Part shown: in pieces, positions 1-12,504 of the stretch
How positions within the stretch are numbered: the first letter of the stretch is position 1
Layout of the letters: each line of letters opens with the position of its first letter
Source of the DNA: Vicugna vicugna
Lineage: Eukaryota
DNA length: 64,000 bases
Reading direction: 5' to 3'
Assembly: GCA_013265495.1 (NCBI GenBank)
Contig: MU059829.1
Location: forward strand, 868,001-932,000
Position numbers and translations under genes: made by a program
The notes under the pieces: model-generated
What the model saw: the letters and a program-made list of their open reading frames with translations, nothing else
Told to the model about the DNA's origin: nothing
Database searches by the model: none

Positions 1-225
1 CAGCAGCAGTGAAGTCCAGTTCCTGGTGTCCCACCCACAGGGGCTGCAGCCCAGGGCCCTCTGGTGGAGGGCAGACACTGTTCCCGGAAGCTGAGCTTAT
101 AAGCCGGGTCCTCCAGGCGCCCCGTGATTCTGTGAGCTACTCCACGTCCTCGTAAGAAACTCCTCTCTTGCTTAATCAGCCAGAGCTACTTTTGTTGCTT
201 GCAAATAAGAACCCTGACGGAGACA
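1..225 (+). mobile_element. 3' end of an MLT1-type (MaLR) LTR, truncated by the window start
   Basis: Ends in ...cttgcttaatcagccagagctacttttgttgcttgcaaataagaaccctgacggagaca, resembling the MLT1 LTR terminus. Recognised from memory. Confidence 0.6.
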
Positions 226-499
226 TTACGAAAGCTGCCGACAGAATTACCGTGAAAATTAACAATAAACAAAATATTTTCTAAATCTTTAGAATGGATG
301 AAGGCTTGAGAGCAGCTCAGAGATTAGCTAACACGGTTAACCCCTCAGTTGGACAGTTGGAAGAGTAAGCTCCAATCCGTGCAGCTCAGCGAGACTCAGC
401 CCAGCCTGGACCCCAGGCCTCCTGACTCCAAGGGCCCACATGACAGGTTCACCTTCTGAGAACCCATAGCTGAAAACTTCCCGGAAACACATGTCCAGC

Positions 500-1432
500 T
501 GGAAAAAAACAAAGGCTGGATGTGAAAAGATTCTCCGTTTCATATGTCATCAGCTACCACTACACACCCATCAGAACAGCCAAAGTCCAGAGCCCTGGCG
601 ACACCGGACGCCAGTGAGGACGTGGAGCCGCAGGAACCCCACTCTTTGCTGGTGGGGGTGCAAAATGGNNNNNNNNNNNNNNNNNNNNNNNNNNNNNNNN
701 NNNNNNNNNNNNNNNNNNNNNNNNNNNNNNNNNNNNNNNNNNNNNNNNNNNNNNNNNNNNNNNNNNNNNNNNNNNNNNNNNNNNNNNNNNNNNNNNNNNN
801 NNNNNNCGCTTACAGCAGCTGTATTCATAATTGCCAAAACTTGGAAGCCACCAAGGTGTCCCTCAGTAGGTGAGCTGGTAAATAAATGATGCTACGTCTA
901 TAATGGAATATTATTCGGCACTGAAAGAAATGAGCTTTCAAGCTATGAAGACACACGGAAGAACTCTAAATGCTGTATATTACTAAGTGAGAGAAGCCAA
1001 TCTGAAAAGGCTACGTACTGTGTGATTCCAACTCTATGACGCTCTGAAAAAGGAAAACCGATGGAGACAGTAACAAGATCAGTGGTTGCCAGGGGCTTTG
1101 GGGGAGGAAGGAATGAACAGGTGGAGCACAGAAGTGTTTTAGGGCAGTGAGGCTATTCTGTACGATACTATAATGGCAGGTACACAACGTTATACGTCTG
1201 TCCAGCCCATAGGAGGCACACCACCAGGAGTGAGCCTGAATGTAACCTACAGACTTTGGGCGACAAAGACAAGTCAGTGTAGGTTCATTATGGTGACAGA
1301 TGTTCTACAAATGTTCTGTCTGGTGGGGATGTAGACAGTGGGTGAGCCTGTGCATGGCTGGGCCAGGGGTTACATGAGAAATCTCTGTACCATCTCCTAA
1401 ATTTTGATGTGCACCTAAAATTACTCTTAAAA
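500..1432 (+). mobile_element. L1MC-type LINE-1 3' fragment, interrupted by an assembly gap
   Basis: Diagnostic L1 3' strings: cataattgccaaaacttggaag, aagccaatctgaaaaggctac, gagacagtaacaagatcagtggttgccagggg. Confidence 0.8.
669..806. other. Assembly gap (138 N)
   Basis: Run of N. Confidence 1.
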
Positions 1433-1860
1433 AATTGTCTTGATTTTTTAAAATGTGATAAAAGAGGCACATAGATTTTAAAAGATTTCATAGGTGCATT
1501 AATCTAAAAAACCCAGAAACTAGAAAGGCTGGACCAACCAAGGACAAAGTTCAACCACAGAAGCAGAGTCTAGAGAAAGCAGCCTTCACCTGGGGTGAAG
1601 AGGGGGAAGCCTGGGGCATCATGTAGAGAACACAGTCCAGCCAAGGGGCCTGACGCCGGCTGCAGCTTCGCAGCCGGGCAGCCACCAGCTCAGCACCTCC
1701 CCGGAGCCCTCCCAGCAGGAGGGCTTCTAGCCCAGGTGCCTTCCCCAGGAACGCCATCTGAACTGCCCAGCTAGGACACAACACAGAACCAGCAGGAGGA
1801 GCCGCCTCCAGGTTCCCGGGCTGAGAGCTGGATCCAGCTGCAGCCAGCCAGAGAAAAGTG

Positions 1861-1990
1861 TGTCCACGTGACTCACAGACAGGACTTGAGACTTGACATG
1901 AGGGTTATTTATTAGAATTTCACTCGGTGGATTGCAACACCACCCTTCAGATTGGTCTCTGCGATTGGGCAATCCTCTAGCCCTATAAAT
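1861..1990 (+). promoter_or_regulatory. DEFB1 core promoter: E-box/AP-1, C/EBP-like sites, TATA box
   Basis: CACGTG (1865) overlaps TGACTCA (1869). ATTGCAAC at 1931, ATTGGGCAAT at 1964, TATAAAT at 1984-1990, 95 nt upstream of the ATG. Confidence 0.75.
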
Positions 1991-2078
1991 AGGGTGCCAT
2001 TCCAGCCTCTGGAAGCCGCTGGCAGCTCAGCCTCCAAGAAGCCACTCCTTTCCGGCATCAGGGCGCCCGCCAGCCACC

Positions 2079-2139
2079 ATGAGGGTCCTCTACCTGCTGC
2101 TGCTGACACTCTGCCTGCTCGCCTCGCCGCTGGCCGCAG
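2079..2139 (+). CDS. DEFB1: DEFB1 exon 1 (signal peptide)
   Basis: Kozak gccaccATG, 61 nt, donor CAG|GTGAGT at 2140. Confidence 0.96.
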
Positions 2140-5100
2140 GTGAGTGTTGGGCCTGCAGAGCACGCTGGCCCCGGGGCTGGGAACTCGGGCAGGTTCTGAG
2201 AGCTGCCTCTTGTGTCCTGAGGACGGAGCAGCAGGAAGGCATCCCCACGGCTGAGCCCTGCGGTGGCAGCAGGTGAGACTACTGGGCCTGCAGCGTCTGG
2301 GGCGTTCCTGACCACTAGGAGCGAGCCTGCCTGTCAGGAGCATCCCCAGGCTGACTCCCCGGTGCCGAGAGAGGCCCGGCTGCAGGAGGGACAGACTCCC
2401 ATCTCTCCCGGTCTGTCTCTCAGGGCTCCCTTCGCTCTGCGCTGGCAGGGATGTGGGGCCAGTGCCAGGCAGCTCCCAGCACCTCCCAGCTCTGTCTTTG
2501 TCTCAGACACCCAGAAAGTATCCTATGGGTAAGGGGCTCACCTACTCCATCTGCAAGACAGCTCCCCACACTGAGGTCAGCATCCCGGCCAGTTGGGAGG
2601 CCAAGCTGCTGCCCATCTCTCTCCAGCTCGCAGGGTGGGGCCTCCCAGGTGCCTCCCAGGTGCCTGCTGCAAGCAAGGTGCCGCCCGCCCCGCCCACAAG
2701 ACCAGTTCAGCCGGAGCTTTGACTCACCTGCAGGCAGGCAGGCAGGGATCCACCTGTCTTAAGAAATCCATTCACATCCTCCAGGATAAGCCCTTCCCTG
2801 GAGCCCAGGAGGGGAGCGCTCTCTCAGGCCAGAGGCCAGCTCCTCTGGATCAAGGCAGCAGTGTCCATGATGCAGGAGAAGGTGAAGCACATTTTATCGC
2901 AGCCCCGTAACCCACTCACCAAGTGACCTTGAGCAAGTCACATATTCTGGGTTTTAGTTTCCTCAGCTGACAGCTGAGGGGGCTGTGGCAGATGGCTGTA
3001 AAAGCATCCGCGCTCTGGGGTTCCCTGAAAGGTCCAGGTGTGCTTTTCTCCCGGCCACGACTCTTATCATGCGGACATGCCTAACCTACTCCAGGTGTGC
3101 CTCAGGGCCCCCGTCTGACCACTGGGCACAGAAGCATTCCAGTGCAGAGGTTCAGTGGTTCCAGCTGGAACCCGGTAGAGAGGCGGAGAAATCAATTCAG
3201 TGGTTTTTCAAATAGAAACTCGCAGCTGGGCAGGCCACACAGCTAGGGGCCCTGCAGTTCAGCGTGCTGTCATTTTAGCTGCGTGTGCGCGTGCGTGTGT
3301 GTGTACTGAGCAGCTGCGCAAAATTCCTTACTGAAGCTCAGTTCACACTCAAAAATGTTTGAAAGCCACTATGTTAATGTGAAGAGTTATTCTCAGCCTG
3401 TGACCTCTAAATATGATTATGAGCATCTCATCCAAAGCACAGGAAATAAGTTTCCAAGGATATGCAGGAACAGCTAAGCTCACTAACCGCACCGCACAGA
3501 ACTATCAGTGACATAACGGGGCACCCAGGGTATACCGCGCTCGCTGAGATACCCCCAGGAGAAGCGTCTCTGACGACAGGCAAACCCTGTCCACACAGAA
3601 CCTTCCGGAACCGGATTCTCAGCAGGGGGCTCGGGACCCTCGGGACTGGTCGCCGACACCCGCTCACCTTCTGTGAGGGGAGGAGCAGCGCCCACGTACC
3701 CCGCGGGGCTGAAGCCGGGCGGCCTTGAGCACCCGAGGCCTCTGCAGGCCCAGCTCCACCTTTAAGGTGCTGCCACTGTCCTGACACGGTCGCATCTTGA
3801 AAGAGGCCACAGGGAAGGGCAAACTTAACACAAGTGTTTTCTAGAGGGGTGTCGGGTGCCAGGCGCCACTGTCTGGAGGGGAAGGAGAGCCCCAGGTGTC
3901 TTCTGCCTTAGAACACGTGGTGTCCCCAGCCTGTGTCTCCCAGCCCTCACCCGCTCTCTGCTCGGCTTCCAGGCACCGTGTGGGGTGTTCTGTGTTGTTG
4001 TTGTGCCACTGCTGTGAGGTTGTCACTGCCGCTGCAGCTGCCCACAGGCTGTCCCCCCACTGCCAACCGATGGACAGCTCGGGGTCAGTGCAGGAAGCCG
4101 AGCTGCTCAGCCCAGCCTCACACCCGCCCCACCTGAGCCCCCAGGGTCGGGGGTGAGTGCATTCACCCCCTTTAGCCCCAGTCGTTTCACAGGTGGGGAA
4201 ATCAAGACCCACACGACTGGACGAGGGTTTCTCAGTCATTGCAGGAAACAGTGAGACTGACGTTCCCTTTAGGGGTTCTCATCACTGAGAGAAGAAAGAA
4301 ACGGGTTGCCCACTGTTACTGCACACAGATGGTTCTCTGTGAACACAACGATGTCACAGTGACAAGGCGGCCCAGGTCCCTTCCTCAGCTGGACGGGACC
4401 CCAGCCAAGGTGTCTAGAAATCGAGACAGGTGGCAGTTGTTCCCTCACAGATTCAACAAATACTTAGTTAGGAGCTACTGCGCGCAGGCATTGCCCTGGG
4501 AACGTGGGGAAGGCCAGGAAAACACAGCCCCTGACCTTGCGACCACACATTCGAGAAGCAGAGCATGATGAGAAAACCGATTGTATGACTAATCACCTAA
4601 TTACAAACGTGCCGTGAGAGGCTGTTAAGGGCACGGGGCCAAGAGGACCCCTGACAGTGGGGCTGAGCTGGTCTTGAGGAGCCAGGAAAGCTTTCTTGAG
4701 GAAGCTGAGAAGGGAAGGAAAAAGGGATGTCATTTTGATGTTCACAGTATTTTCCAAAAAAAAAATTCCTTCCCAACATTTAAGAGGCAGGATATGCTCC
4801 CCCAAAACCAGATTTCCATCTTCTCTTAAGAACACAAAAGATGTGGCAACAGTGGGCTGCAACTAAAGAGTGGCTGTGCCTCTGGACGGGCACCCTCGCC
4901 CCAGGCCCCACCACTCCCTCTCGCCTCGCCTAGCCGGTGGGTACCTGGACTTGCAGCCCTGAATTACATAAACTGGTGAGAGGGGAGAGGGCAAGGACAA
5001 ACCAGATGGAAAGATGCGGGTATGAAAGCCCAGAGATGAAAAGAAAGAAAACAAGAGCTCTCACTTTGAATTTAGTCCTCACGGCGCCCTAGGGGGCGTT

Positions 5101-8100
5101 ATCCCCATTTTGTAGGTAAATAACTTGACTGGTTAACGGCAGAGCAGGGACTCAAACCCAGGCCACCTCCAACGCCACCCTGCCAGCCTCTCAAAGCACA
5201 GAGGGCGGGGGGCGGGGGTGGGAATCAAGTGAGGCCTCGAGTGGCAGGAAGCGCATCTGGGCTCGGGGACCCCCAGAGGGTTTGTTTTGAGTGTTTTTGC
5301 AATAACCTCTTTTACTTTTGTAGAAAGTGATATATACTTATTTTTGTTGTTGTTAAAATGTCTTCCTACTTTATTATTTCTTTAATTGAAGTCTGGTTAG
5401 TTACAATGTGTCAATTTCTGGTGTGCAGCACAATGTCCCAGTCATGCATTTACATACATATATTCATTTTTATATTCCTTTTCATTAAATGTTATTACAA
5501 GATATTGAATATGGGTCCTTGTGCTATACAGAAGGAATTTGGGGGGGGGTTTTAATCTATTTTTATGTATAGTGGCTACCATTTGCAAATCTCAAGCTCC
5601 CAAAAACCTGGAGAGTGACACACTCAGAAACAGCTTCTCTAAGGGGCTGGTGTGCTGCAGCACGGAGGCTGGTCAGGGGCTGGTCAGGGGCGGCGGCGAG
5701 GCTGCTCCTCCCGTACACAGAGCCGTTTCCCTTACAGCTGCACTTTTTTGCCAGATGATCAGCAAAATTAAACCAAAATTAGTGCTCCTGACAGAGACAT
5801 CGCCCGCTCATGAGGACCCTTCTCTCCTCTCCCTCCGGGACACCACATGCATTCGCGGGAATCCAGGCTCCAATTTCCTCACCTTTAAAATGAGGGATTC
5901 AGCAGAGTGACTCCCAGCCCCGATGTTCAGTGGCCCTCCACCTCCACCTCCACCTCCACCTCCACCTCCACCTCGCCTTCTCCACACCTGAGTGCCTCAC
6001 TTTAATCCCCACTCCAACCTGCTTGCCTGAATTCCTTCCACCTATCAGACCTCGGGCAACAGCCACCAGGAATGTGCCTGCTACGGCCCCGGGATCCCAT
6101 CCAGAAAAACATGCTTCCTTAGAAACAGGCCCCTGTGACCTATGAATCAGGCTTGACGGAGGCACCTGGTTAGCAATGCAGGAGAAACTCAGCTGGCCTC
6201 CAAAACACCGGTCCCAAGTGCCACCTGAGGCACTTCAGAGCTGACAAAAGCAGTTCCCAGGGCACGGTCTCACTAATTGTCCCCAGAATCTGCGTCACAC
6301 GGACTGCTATTATCCCCACTTGATAGCTGTTTTGCTGTGAATCTCAAAGAGACTGACTTTTCAAATACCCAGCCTGCAAATAACAAGAACTCGAATCCAG
6401 CTCTGCCTCCAGACCCTATATTCTTTCCCCACACCTCCCAAGGACCTCTGGATATGTCACCGGGCGCATGGGTTTATCTTAAGGGTAATCTAGATGAGAT
6501 GGAATTGAATTAAAACTTAACAATAACTTAATGTGAATTTAATAAGAGGCATTGCAGGTTGTCGACGGCCAGCATGGGTTTTGGGGCGAGCAGGGACTCC
6601 AGGGGTTACATGTTTGTGAAAGTGGACCCCAGACCTTCGGTTATATCCTGGTTTGGTTTGCAGTTTTGTTCTTTGTTTTGCAGGAGTGGCTTGTATATAT
6701 TTGATTTCTTCCCCAGATAGTTTGAAAGAGGCGAAGTCTGTTCCTCTCGGGCCCCCACTGACCGCCTGGGCAGCACCAGCCCCTCTCCTAGGTTGACAAT
6801 TTTATTTTAACGCCCCCAGTGGGAGGGAACCCACATACCGGGGAGCAACCCTTCCCCAGGCAGGACTGCCAACCAACCACCTTGTCCTGATCAGGGAAAG
6901 AGCCTCGCCCACCTGCCAGGGCCCATGCGGCCCCCATAAGCTTGCTTCCCCCGGACAAGTCCGAAGACGTGTCCACACAGGTGTGGGGCTCCACGCTGGC
7001 GCGGAGGAAAGCTGGGCTGCCTTCTCCGGCTCCTTCGCCTCTGCCTCCGTGTCTGCTCCCCTCTCATCTCAGATCCACAGGTCACGTGAGCCCTGCCCTG
7101 ACCCCTGGCACCCTCCGAGCCTGTGTGTTCACTGCTGGCTCCGCACTGCAGCCCCGGCAGGAGAGCGGGTGGGCGTCCTGGCAGGGGCTCGGGTCTCATC
7201 TCCTCCAAGCCTTGTCGTCTCCGCAACTCGCTCCACACTAGCCGGGAGGTCTTTTCCTCCACAAGTGTATATCCTTCAGTCAGAAGCTCTCCAACTTTGC
7301 CTTTAACATCGTCCTAAAACATCACCTGCAGCCAGTTGCAGGCGCCGGTCCGACCTGAGTGCTGCACGTGAGAGGAGAGCATCGGGAGCGGGGCCCACCC
7401 CCCACAGCCTGAGGCCCTCCCTTCCAACCTCGGGGCCCTCCACTCCTGTCTCTCCTTCCCTGAAAGGCTCAGTGAGAAATTTTATTTTCGTGGCTCTTTT
7501 ATATGAAGTTCAAAAACCTCGCTCTGTGTTTCTAATACATCTTCTTTATAGACTTACTTTTCCACCGACTCGTCCTTGATCCTCCACCGTCTGACCTGCA
7601 CAGGCGGTCCCGTCCCAGCAGCCCTGACAGCTGTCGGGGCCCCTCACGCAGATTCATTTCCTGACGACTCTGTAACCGGCAAGCTTCTCCTGTGCTCCGT
7701 GCTGCGAACATCCTTCCTCTCTTTTCTCCCCAGACTATTTCCCAGTTAGTTCCCTGCTACTTCATCACATCTGCCCTTCATTCAACCAACACCTGTCATT
7801 ACACTTGACTTAAAAAACGGTGAGTGTTATGGTCCCACTTGGGTGGGATTATTAACCATCCAGCTGTAACTGGCCTCATAAAGGTAGAGTTTGAAAGAGT
7901 CACTCTTTTCACTGCAAGTGTAGACACTGCTTTCCCATCAGGCCTGCTCCCCCCTCCACCCTTCATTCTTACCTATAAGCAAGTCTCCTCTTTCCCACGT
8001 TCCTCTGGCTCACGGTGCTCCAGAGGCCACCACGTGATGTGTCGGGTTGTGTTTCTCAGGCCAGCTGAGTGAGGGCCAAGACAAGAATGAGCAAAAGTCC

Positions 8101-11100
8101 AGGCAAGTGCCATCCTTAGTGGGAAAGGGGAGGAGGGGGTGGGGCTGTGAGTTGTCTGAGGAGCTCCTGTGCCCAAGGAGTGGACGGAAATGGCCCAACG
8201 CGCCGACGGGAGAGGACGTGGGAAGCTACACGTAGCACAGGATGTCCTCGGCGCTGGGAATACGCAGAGGAAACGTTTATTTTTTTTTCAGTTTTTTAAT
8301 TGTAAAATGTAACATGCATCTGGAAAAGCACATAAAACACGAGCTTGACGAATTATTATAAAACAAGCACCCCAGTAACCCCGATGTAAGGCAAGAGCCG
8401 GGACTCGGCTGGCACGAAAGGAGCTCTCCTCCCCAGGCACGGCTCCCTCCTGCCCCCGAGGGCGAGCAGCCCTCCTCTTTAGGGCAATAACTTCCTGGAT
8501 TTCTTACACTCTTACCAGGTGAACATTCAATCACAGAGCTTGGTTTGTGCGTGCGTTTCAGATGTCTGCGTATCAAGAGCTGGTGGCGTGGCCGGGTGGC
8601 AGGACGTGCTCACGGCACTGAACCTCAGTGCACAAGGCCAAACCATTCTCCGAAGCCTTTCTGTGCCAACACACACTCCCGCAACCAGTGAAAGGAAGCC
8701 CCCGTCCCTCCACACCCTCCACACTCACGCTGACCCTTGATGATGCCAGTCATTCTTATATTATAGCCGTCCGGCGAGCGTAGTGGCATTGCCCTGGAGT
8801 TTCAATGTGCGTCTCCCTCATAAATAAGAAGTCGAGCACTTGTGTATATAATCACCAACCATCTTTTGTGAAGTGCCTGTTCGTCCTCTGCCTCTGTTTT
8901 CTGTCTGATTGTCTGTCTTTTCTTTAATGCTTTGTAGCAGTTTTTTTATATACTCTGCAGAGAAGCCCTTTGCCGGTTGTGAAGCATTGCAAGTATCTCC
9001 TCCTGTGTCGTGCCTTAATTTTTCACCGTCTTCATGGAAGCTCTCTCAGAGGTTTTCCACGTTATTTTAATGTGGCTAAATGTGTCACATATTTTCCTTT
9101 AGGGTTACTGCTTTTGTTCCTTAAGGAATCTTTTTTTTTTTTTTACCCCAAAGGCATGAAGAAAGGCTTATTGTTTTTCCTTTTACAGGCAGGCTTATGA
9201 TCCATCTGGCAGGGGTTTCCCATGCGTGTGTCTGGTGTGAGTCAAGGGTAACGTTTCTCCTTTTTCACCATGAATATCCAGTCGTCCCAGAACCGACTAC
9301 TAAGAAATCCACTTCTCCACTGTCCTGAGCCACTGCTGTCCCACAGCAGCTCCCCACACGCGCACGGGCCTCCCCCTGCACTCCTTATGCTGAGACTTGC
9401 CTGTTCGTCCTTGCATCTTCACTGCATAGTCTGATTACAGTGGCTCTATAATTAGCCTCATAATCCAGGAGAGCAAGTTCTCCCACCTTCTCCTCCAGGA
9501 GTGTCCTGGCTATTCTTGGATCTTTGAACTCCATATGAATTTTAGAATTAACTCATCAAGTCTCACTGAAAGAACCTCCTGGGATTTTCATGGATTTGGG
9601 TTAAATCTGCAGATTAATTTGGGGAAAATTGACATTTTTACAATGACCTTCCAATGCTTAAATAGCATTTCCACTTATTTGGGGCCTTTTTAACTTACAA
9701 AAATACTGTATTTATTGATGGAGGTATTGCACATAATTTCTTAGATTTATAACTAAGCATATTTTATGCTATTCTATATGGTGTTTTTATTTTATTTTAT
9801 TTGTTCCTGTTGGTTGCAATATACAGAAGTAAAATTCTTTTTTTGTATATTGATCTCATATATAGCAAATTTGATAAATTTTCTTGTTAATTCCTTTCAG
9901 ACTGCCTACATATAATCATAATGTCTGCAAACAGAGATAATTTTCCTTCTTCCTCTCTGACCCTTGCACTTTTTACTTTTTCTTATCTTGTCCCCCTGGC
10001 TAGCACCTCGAGCACAATGTGGAAAGGCGATGACAACAGCAGCTGTGCTGGTCTGACGGTCAATCTCACGGGACATTTTCAGTGCCTGACCTTTAAGTGT
10101 ACCGTTTGCTGCAGGCTTCTGCAGGTGTTCTTTGTCAGATTAAGGACGTTTCCTCCAGTTCCTTATTTGTTAGAAGTCTTATCATAAATCAATGTTGAAT
10201 TTTTCCAATATTTTTCTGCCTCTATAGCGATAATCTAATCATTGACTGATCAGATTACAGGAACATCTAATCTCTCTGGGCCTCAATGTCCTGGTCTGCA
10301 AATTAGGGAAAAGGATAAAATGCAACCATAAATGTGTTAGTTCCCCACCAAGGGAAAGATGATCAGCCTCAGAATCTTGGAAATGGATCCCATAGTATAG
10401 TCTCCTCAATTTTAAATTTGAGAAGCTGGGCTCAAAAGTTTGAGTGCTTTGCTAAAAATCACACATGTTCCTTCCAGAACACGGACTGTAACTAAAGTAT
10501 CCTGACCCTAAACATGCTGCTATTTCTTTTGTGTCTTATAACACACTGGATCCTTGAAGATAATACCAGAAATGAGTTCTTGGTAATTGTGATGACACCA
10601 TGATCCACCAGCAGAGAGGGGGCGTGAGAACGGGGGTAGAGGTCAGGGGGTTTGCATCCGGTCCTGGCTCTGCCTCTGGAGCTGCTTGCCCCGGGGGGTG
10701 TTGCCGGACCTCAGCTTCTTCATCTGGGGAGAAGATTATAGAGAAGTTGAAGTAGTTGAGCTCACAGGTCCATCTGGTCTCTAAACATCTATAGTTAACT
10801 GTACTTGGCTAGTGTAGTTTTGACTAATTCAAATATAAGTCACCACGTGTAGCTGGGGCTACCCTACTGGAGAGCACGACTGTGTAGTGCCAGTGAGACA
10901 GGGGAAGCCTCCTTGCTGTTGGTAGCTGGGACACATCTATTCATTCCAGGACTCAGACTTCAGGAAGTCTATACATGAACCTGAACACGTCCAGAGGAGA
11001 CTGAACAGGACTGTGAAGGGCCTGGAAACTAGGCACTGAGAAAAATGAGAAAAAGAAGGCTTTTAGAGAAGAAGAATGACTTAAAATGGGACTGCCTTTT

Positions 11101-12434
11101 GAGTGATTAGACTTATCTGTATAAAGCAGGGAAAGAGCCACTAGCTGGAAGTTATTGAAAGGACAATTTCAATCAGTATAAAACCCAGCTTTCCGGCAAG
11201 CAGAGAGCAGAATGCCTGCCTCCTAGGTTGGTAATGACCCACTGCATTGGTCATGCCGGGCTGCCACAGCAAAACGCCGCAGTGCGGGTGGGTGGCTTCA
11301 ACAGCACACACTTGTCTCTCACAGCTCTGGGCGGCAGAAGTTCAAGATCAGGGTGAAGACGGGTTTGGTTTCTTCTTGACTGGCAGAGGGCTTCCCTCTC
11401 TGTCCTCACACAGCCCTCCCTCTGTGTGCTCACACATCCCTCGTGTCTGTCTGTGTCTAAATTTCCTCTTCTTATAAAGACACCATCACATGATTAGGGA
11501 CCGTCCATAAGACCTCATTTAACCTTCATCACCTCTTGAAAGGCTCCATCTCCAAACACAGTCACATTCTGGCGTAACAGGGTATGAACCTGAGGGGGCC
11601 ATAACACTCATCAACAGAGGCACACAAAACAAAGGCTCGGAGCAGTGTCCACTTACCAGGGGTGCCAGAGGGTGGCTTTTTCTGTTGGATACAGTGAAAG
11701 ACGAGTCCAGAGACCTTCACATTATGGTTGGCAGGAAGAAAATAAATTTTAAATGGGAAAATGATGAGAGCATTATAGAGTAGCTGTAATTTCAACCTGA
11801 CATTAAAGGATCTTAGATTTCAGCAGACACAGTGATGGGGGAGGTGGGGGATCAGGGATTCAGGCCAGAGGGACTTCTAAATGGCACAGGACTGAGGGGA
11901 GTTTGGGAATTCTCCTGGAGTTAGAGAGATGCTTCCGCACTCCTGGAACAGACGGTGGTGTTCGGGCAACAGTGCGATGTGGTAGGACGTCCATTTGGCG
12001 ACTAGCTCGAACTCCCTGCACACCTTAAGGCTCTCTGGGCAGGAAAAATCCCACTCAGAACCCTGCTGCTTGTCCCTGGCTTTCGTTTGGCCAAAGCTGG
12101 CAGAGACCGCAGACAGAGGGGCTCTTCAGATGTCTCACTGCCGGAGCGGCCCCACAGACCAGCTGGGTGCAAAGACCTTGGAAGGGAAAACTGTGTGAAG
12201 TGGTGCTCTGTCCTTTCACCGAGTGTTTACAAGTCCCTGCGGCTGTAAACCGAGACTCTGAAGTGCTTTCCTTCCCTTCCCACAGGTGTCAGCCTCCTTA
12301 CAGGTCTCGGCCAGAGGTCTGACCACTACATATGTGCCAAGAAAGGGGGGACCTGCAACTTCTCCCCCTGCCCGCTCTTCAACAGGATCGAAGGCACCTG
12401 TTACAGCGGGAAGGCCAAGTGCTGCATCCGTTGA
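2079..12434 (+). CDS. DEFB1: Beta-defensin 1, join(2079..2139,12286..12434), 69 aa
   Basis: Spliced product [69 protein letters not shown]. Signal peptide, canonical C-X6-C-X4-C-X9-C-X6-CC motif, phase-1 GT-AG intron of about 10.1 kb, 210 nt in total. Position upstream of XKR5 matches DEFB1. Confidence 0.96.
2910..2980 (+). mobile_element. MIR SINE fragment
   Basis: gtgaccttgagcaagtcac...agtttcctcagctg matches the MIR core. Confidence 0.6.
4445..4545 (-). mobile_element. L2 LINE 3' fragment
   Basis: attcaacaaatacttagttaggagctactgcgcgcaggcattgccctggg is the reverse complement of an L2 3' end. Confidence 0.55.
5083..5101 (+). promoter_or_regulatory. Candidate CTCF site
   Basis: GCCCTAGGGGGCGT resembles the CTCF core CCACCAGGGGGCGC. 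Confidence 0.4.
5375..5600 (-). mobile_element. Lineage-specific (camelid-like) L1 3' end
   Basis: ttaattgaagtctggttagttacaatgtgtcaatttctggtgtgcagcacaatgtcccagtcatgcat...aagatattgaatat...gtgctatacagaa resembles the camelid/cetartiodactyl L1 3' UTR in reverse. Confidence 0.75.
5935..5974. repeat. (CCTCCA)n hexanucleotide microsatellite
   Basis: About 6.5 perfect copies. Explains the LHLHLH and WRWRWR ORFs. Confidence 0.95.
8277..10235 (-). mobile_element. Old L1ME-type LINE-1 fragment(s)
   Basis: T-rich start (ttttttaattgtaaaatgtaacatgca) and reverse L1 strings such as gagcacttgtgtat, gttaaatctgcagattaatttggggaaaattgacatttttacaat, aaatcaatgttgaatttttccaat. Confidence 0.75.
10260..10790. mobile_element. 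Cluster of MIR/MIR3 fragments
   Basis: aatctctctgggcctcaatgtcc..., ctcagctttcttcatctgggg, catctggtctctaaacatct. Confidence 0.5.
11245..11610 (-). mobile_element. MLT1A/B-type MaLR solo LTR
   Basis: gggctgccacagcaaaac...gggtggcttcaacagc...ctcttcttataaagacacc...gacctcatttaacct...ccaaacacagtcacattctg...ccataaca. Confidence 0.8.
12286..12434 (+). CDS. DEFB1: DEFB1 exon 2 (propeptide and mature six-cysteine peptide)
   Basis: Acceptor cttcccttcccacag|GT. Encodes [37 protein letters not shown] then TGA at 12432-12434. Confidence 0.97.
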
Positions 12435-12498
12435 CTCTGAGCTGGAAGCCACGGCAGAGGACCCAGGGGCCAAGTGAAGTATTTGTACCCGTTGTTTT

Positions 12499-12504
12499 AA
12501 TAAA
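12499..12504 (+). terminator. DEFB1 polyadenylation signal
   Basis: AATAAA 65 nt after the stop codon. Confidence 0.8.

Noticed and set aside
491-889. ORFs spanning the first N run (and likewise 39912-40400 across the second gap)
   Set aside because: Kept open only by N codons. Flanks are L1 sequence.
5899-6165. ORFs with WRWRWR / LHLHLH repeats
   Set aside because: Translation of the (CCTCCA)n microsatellite.
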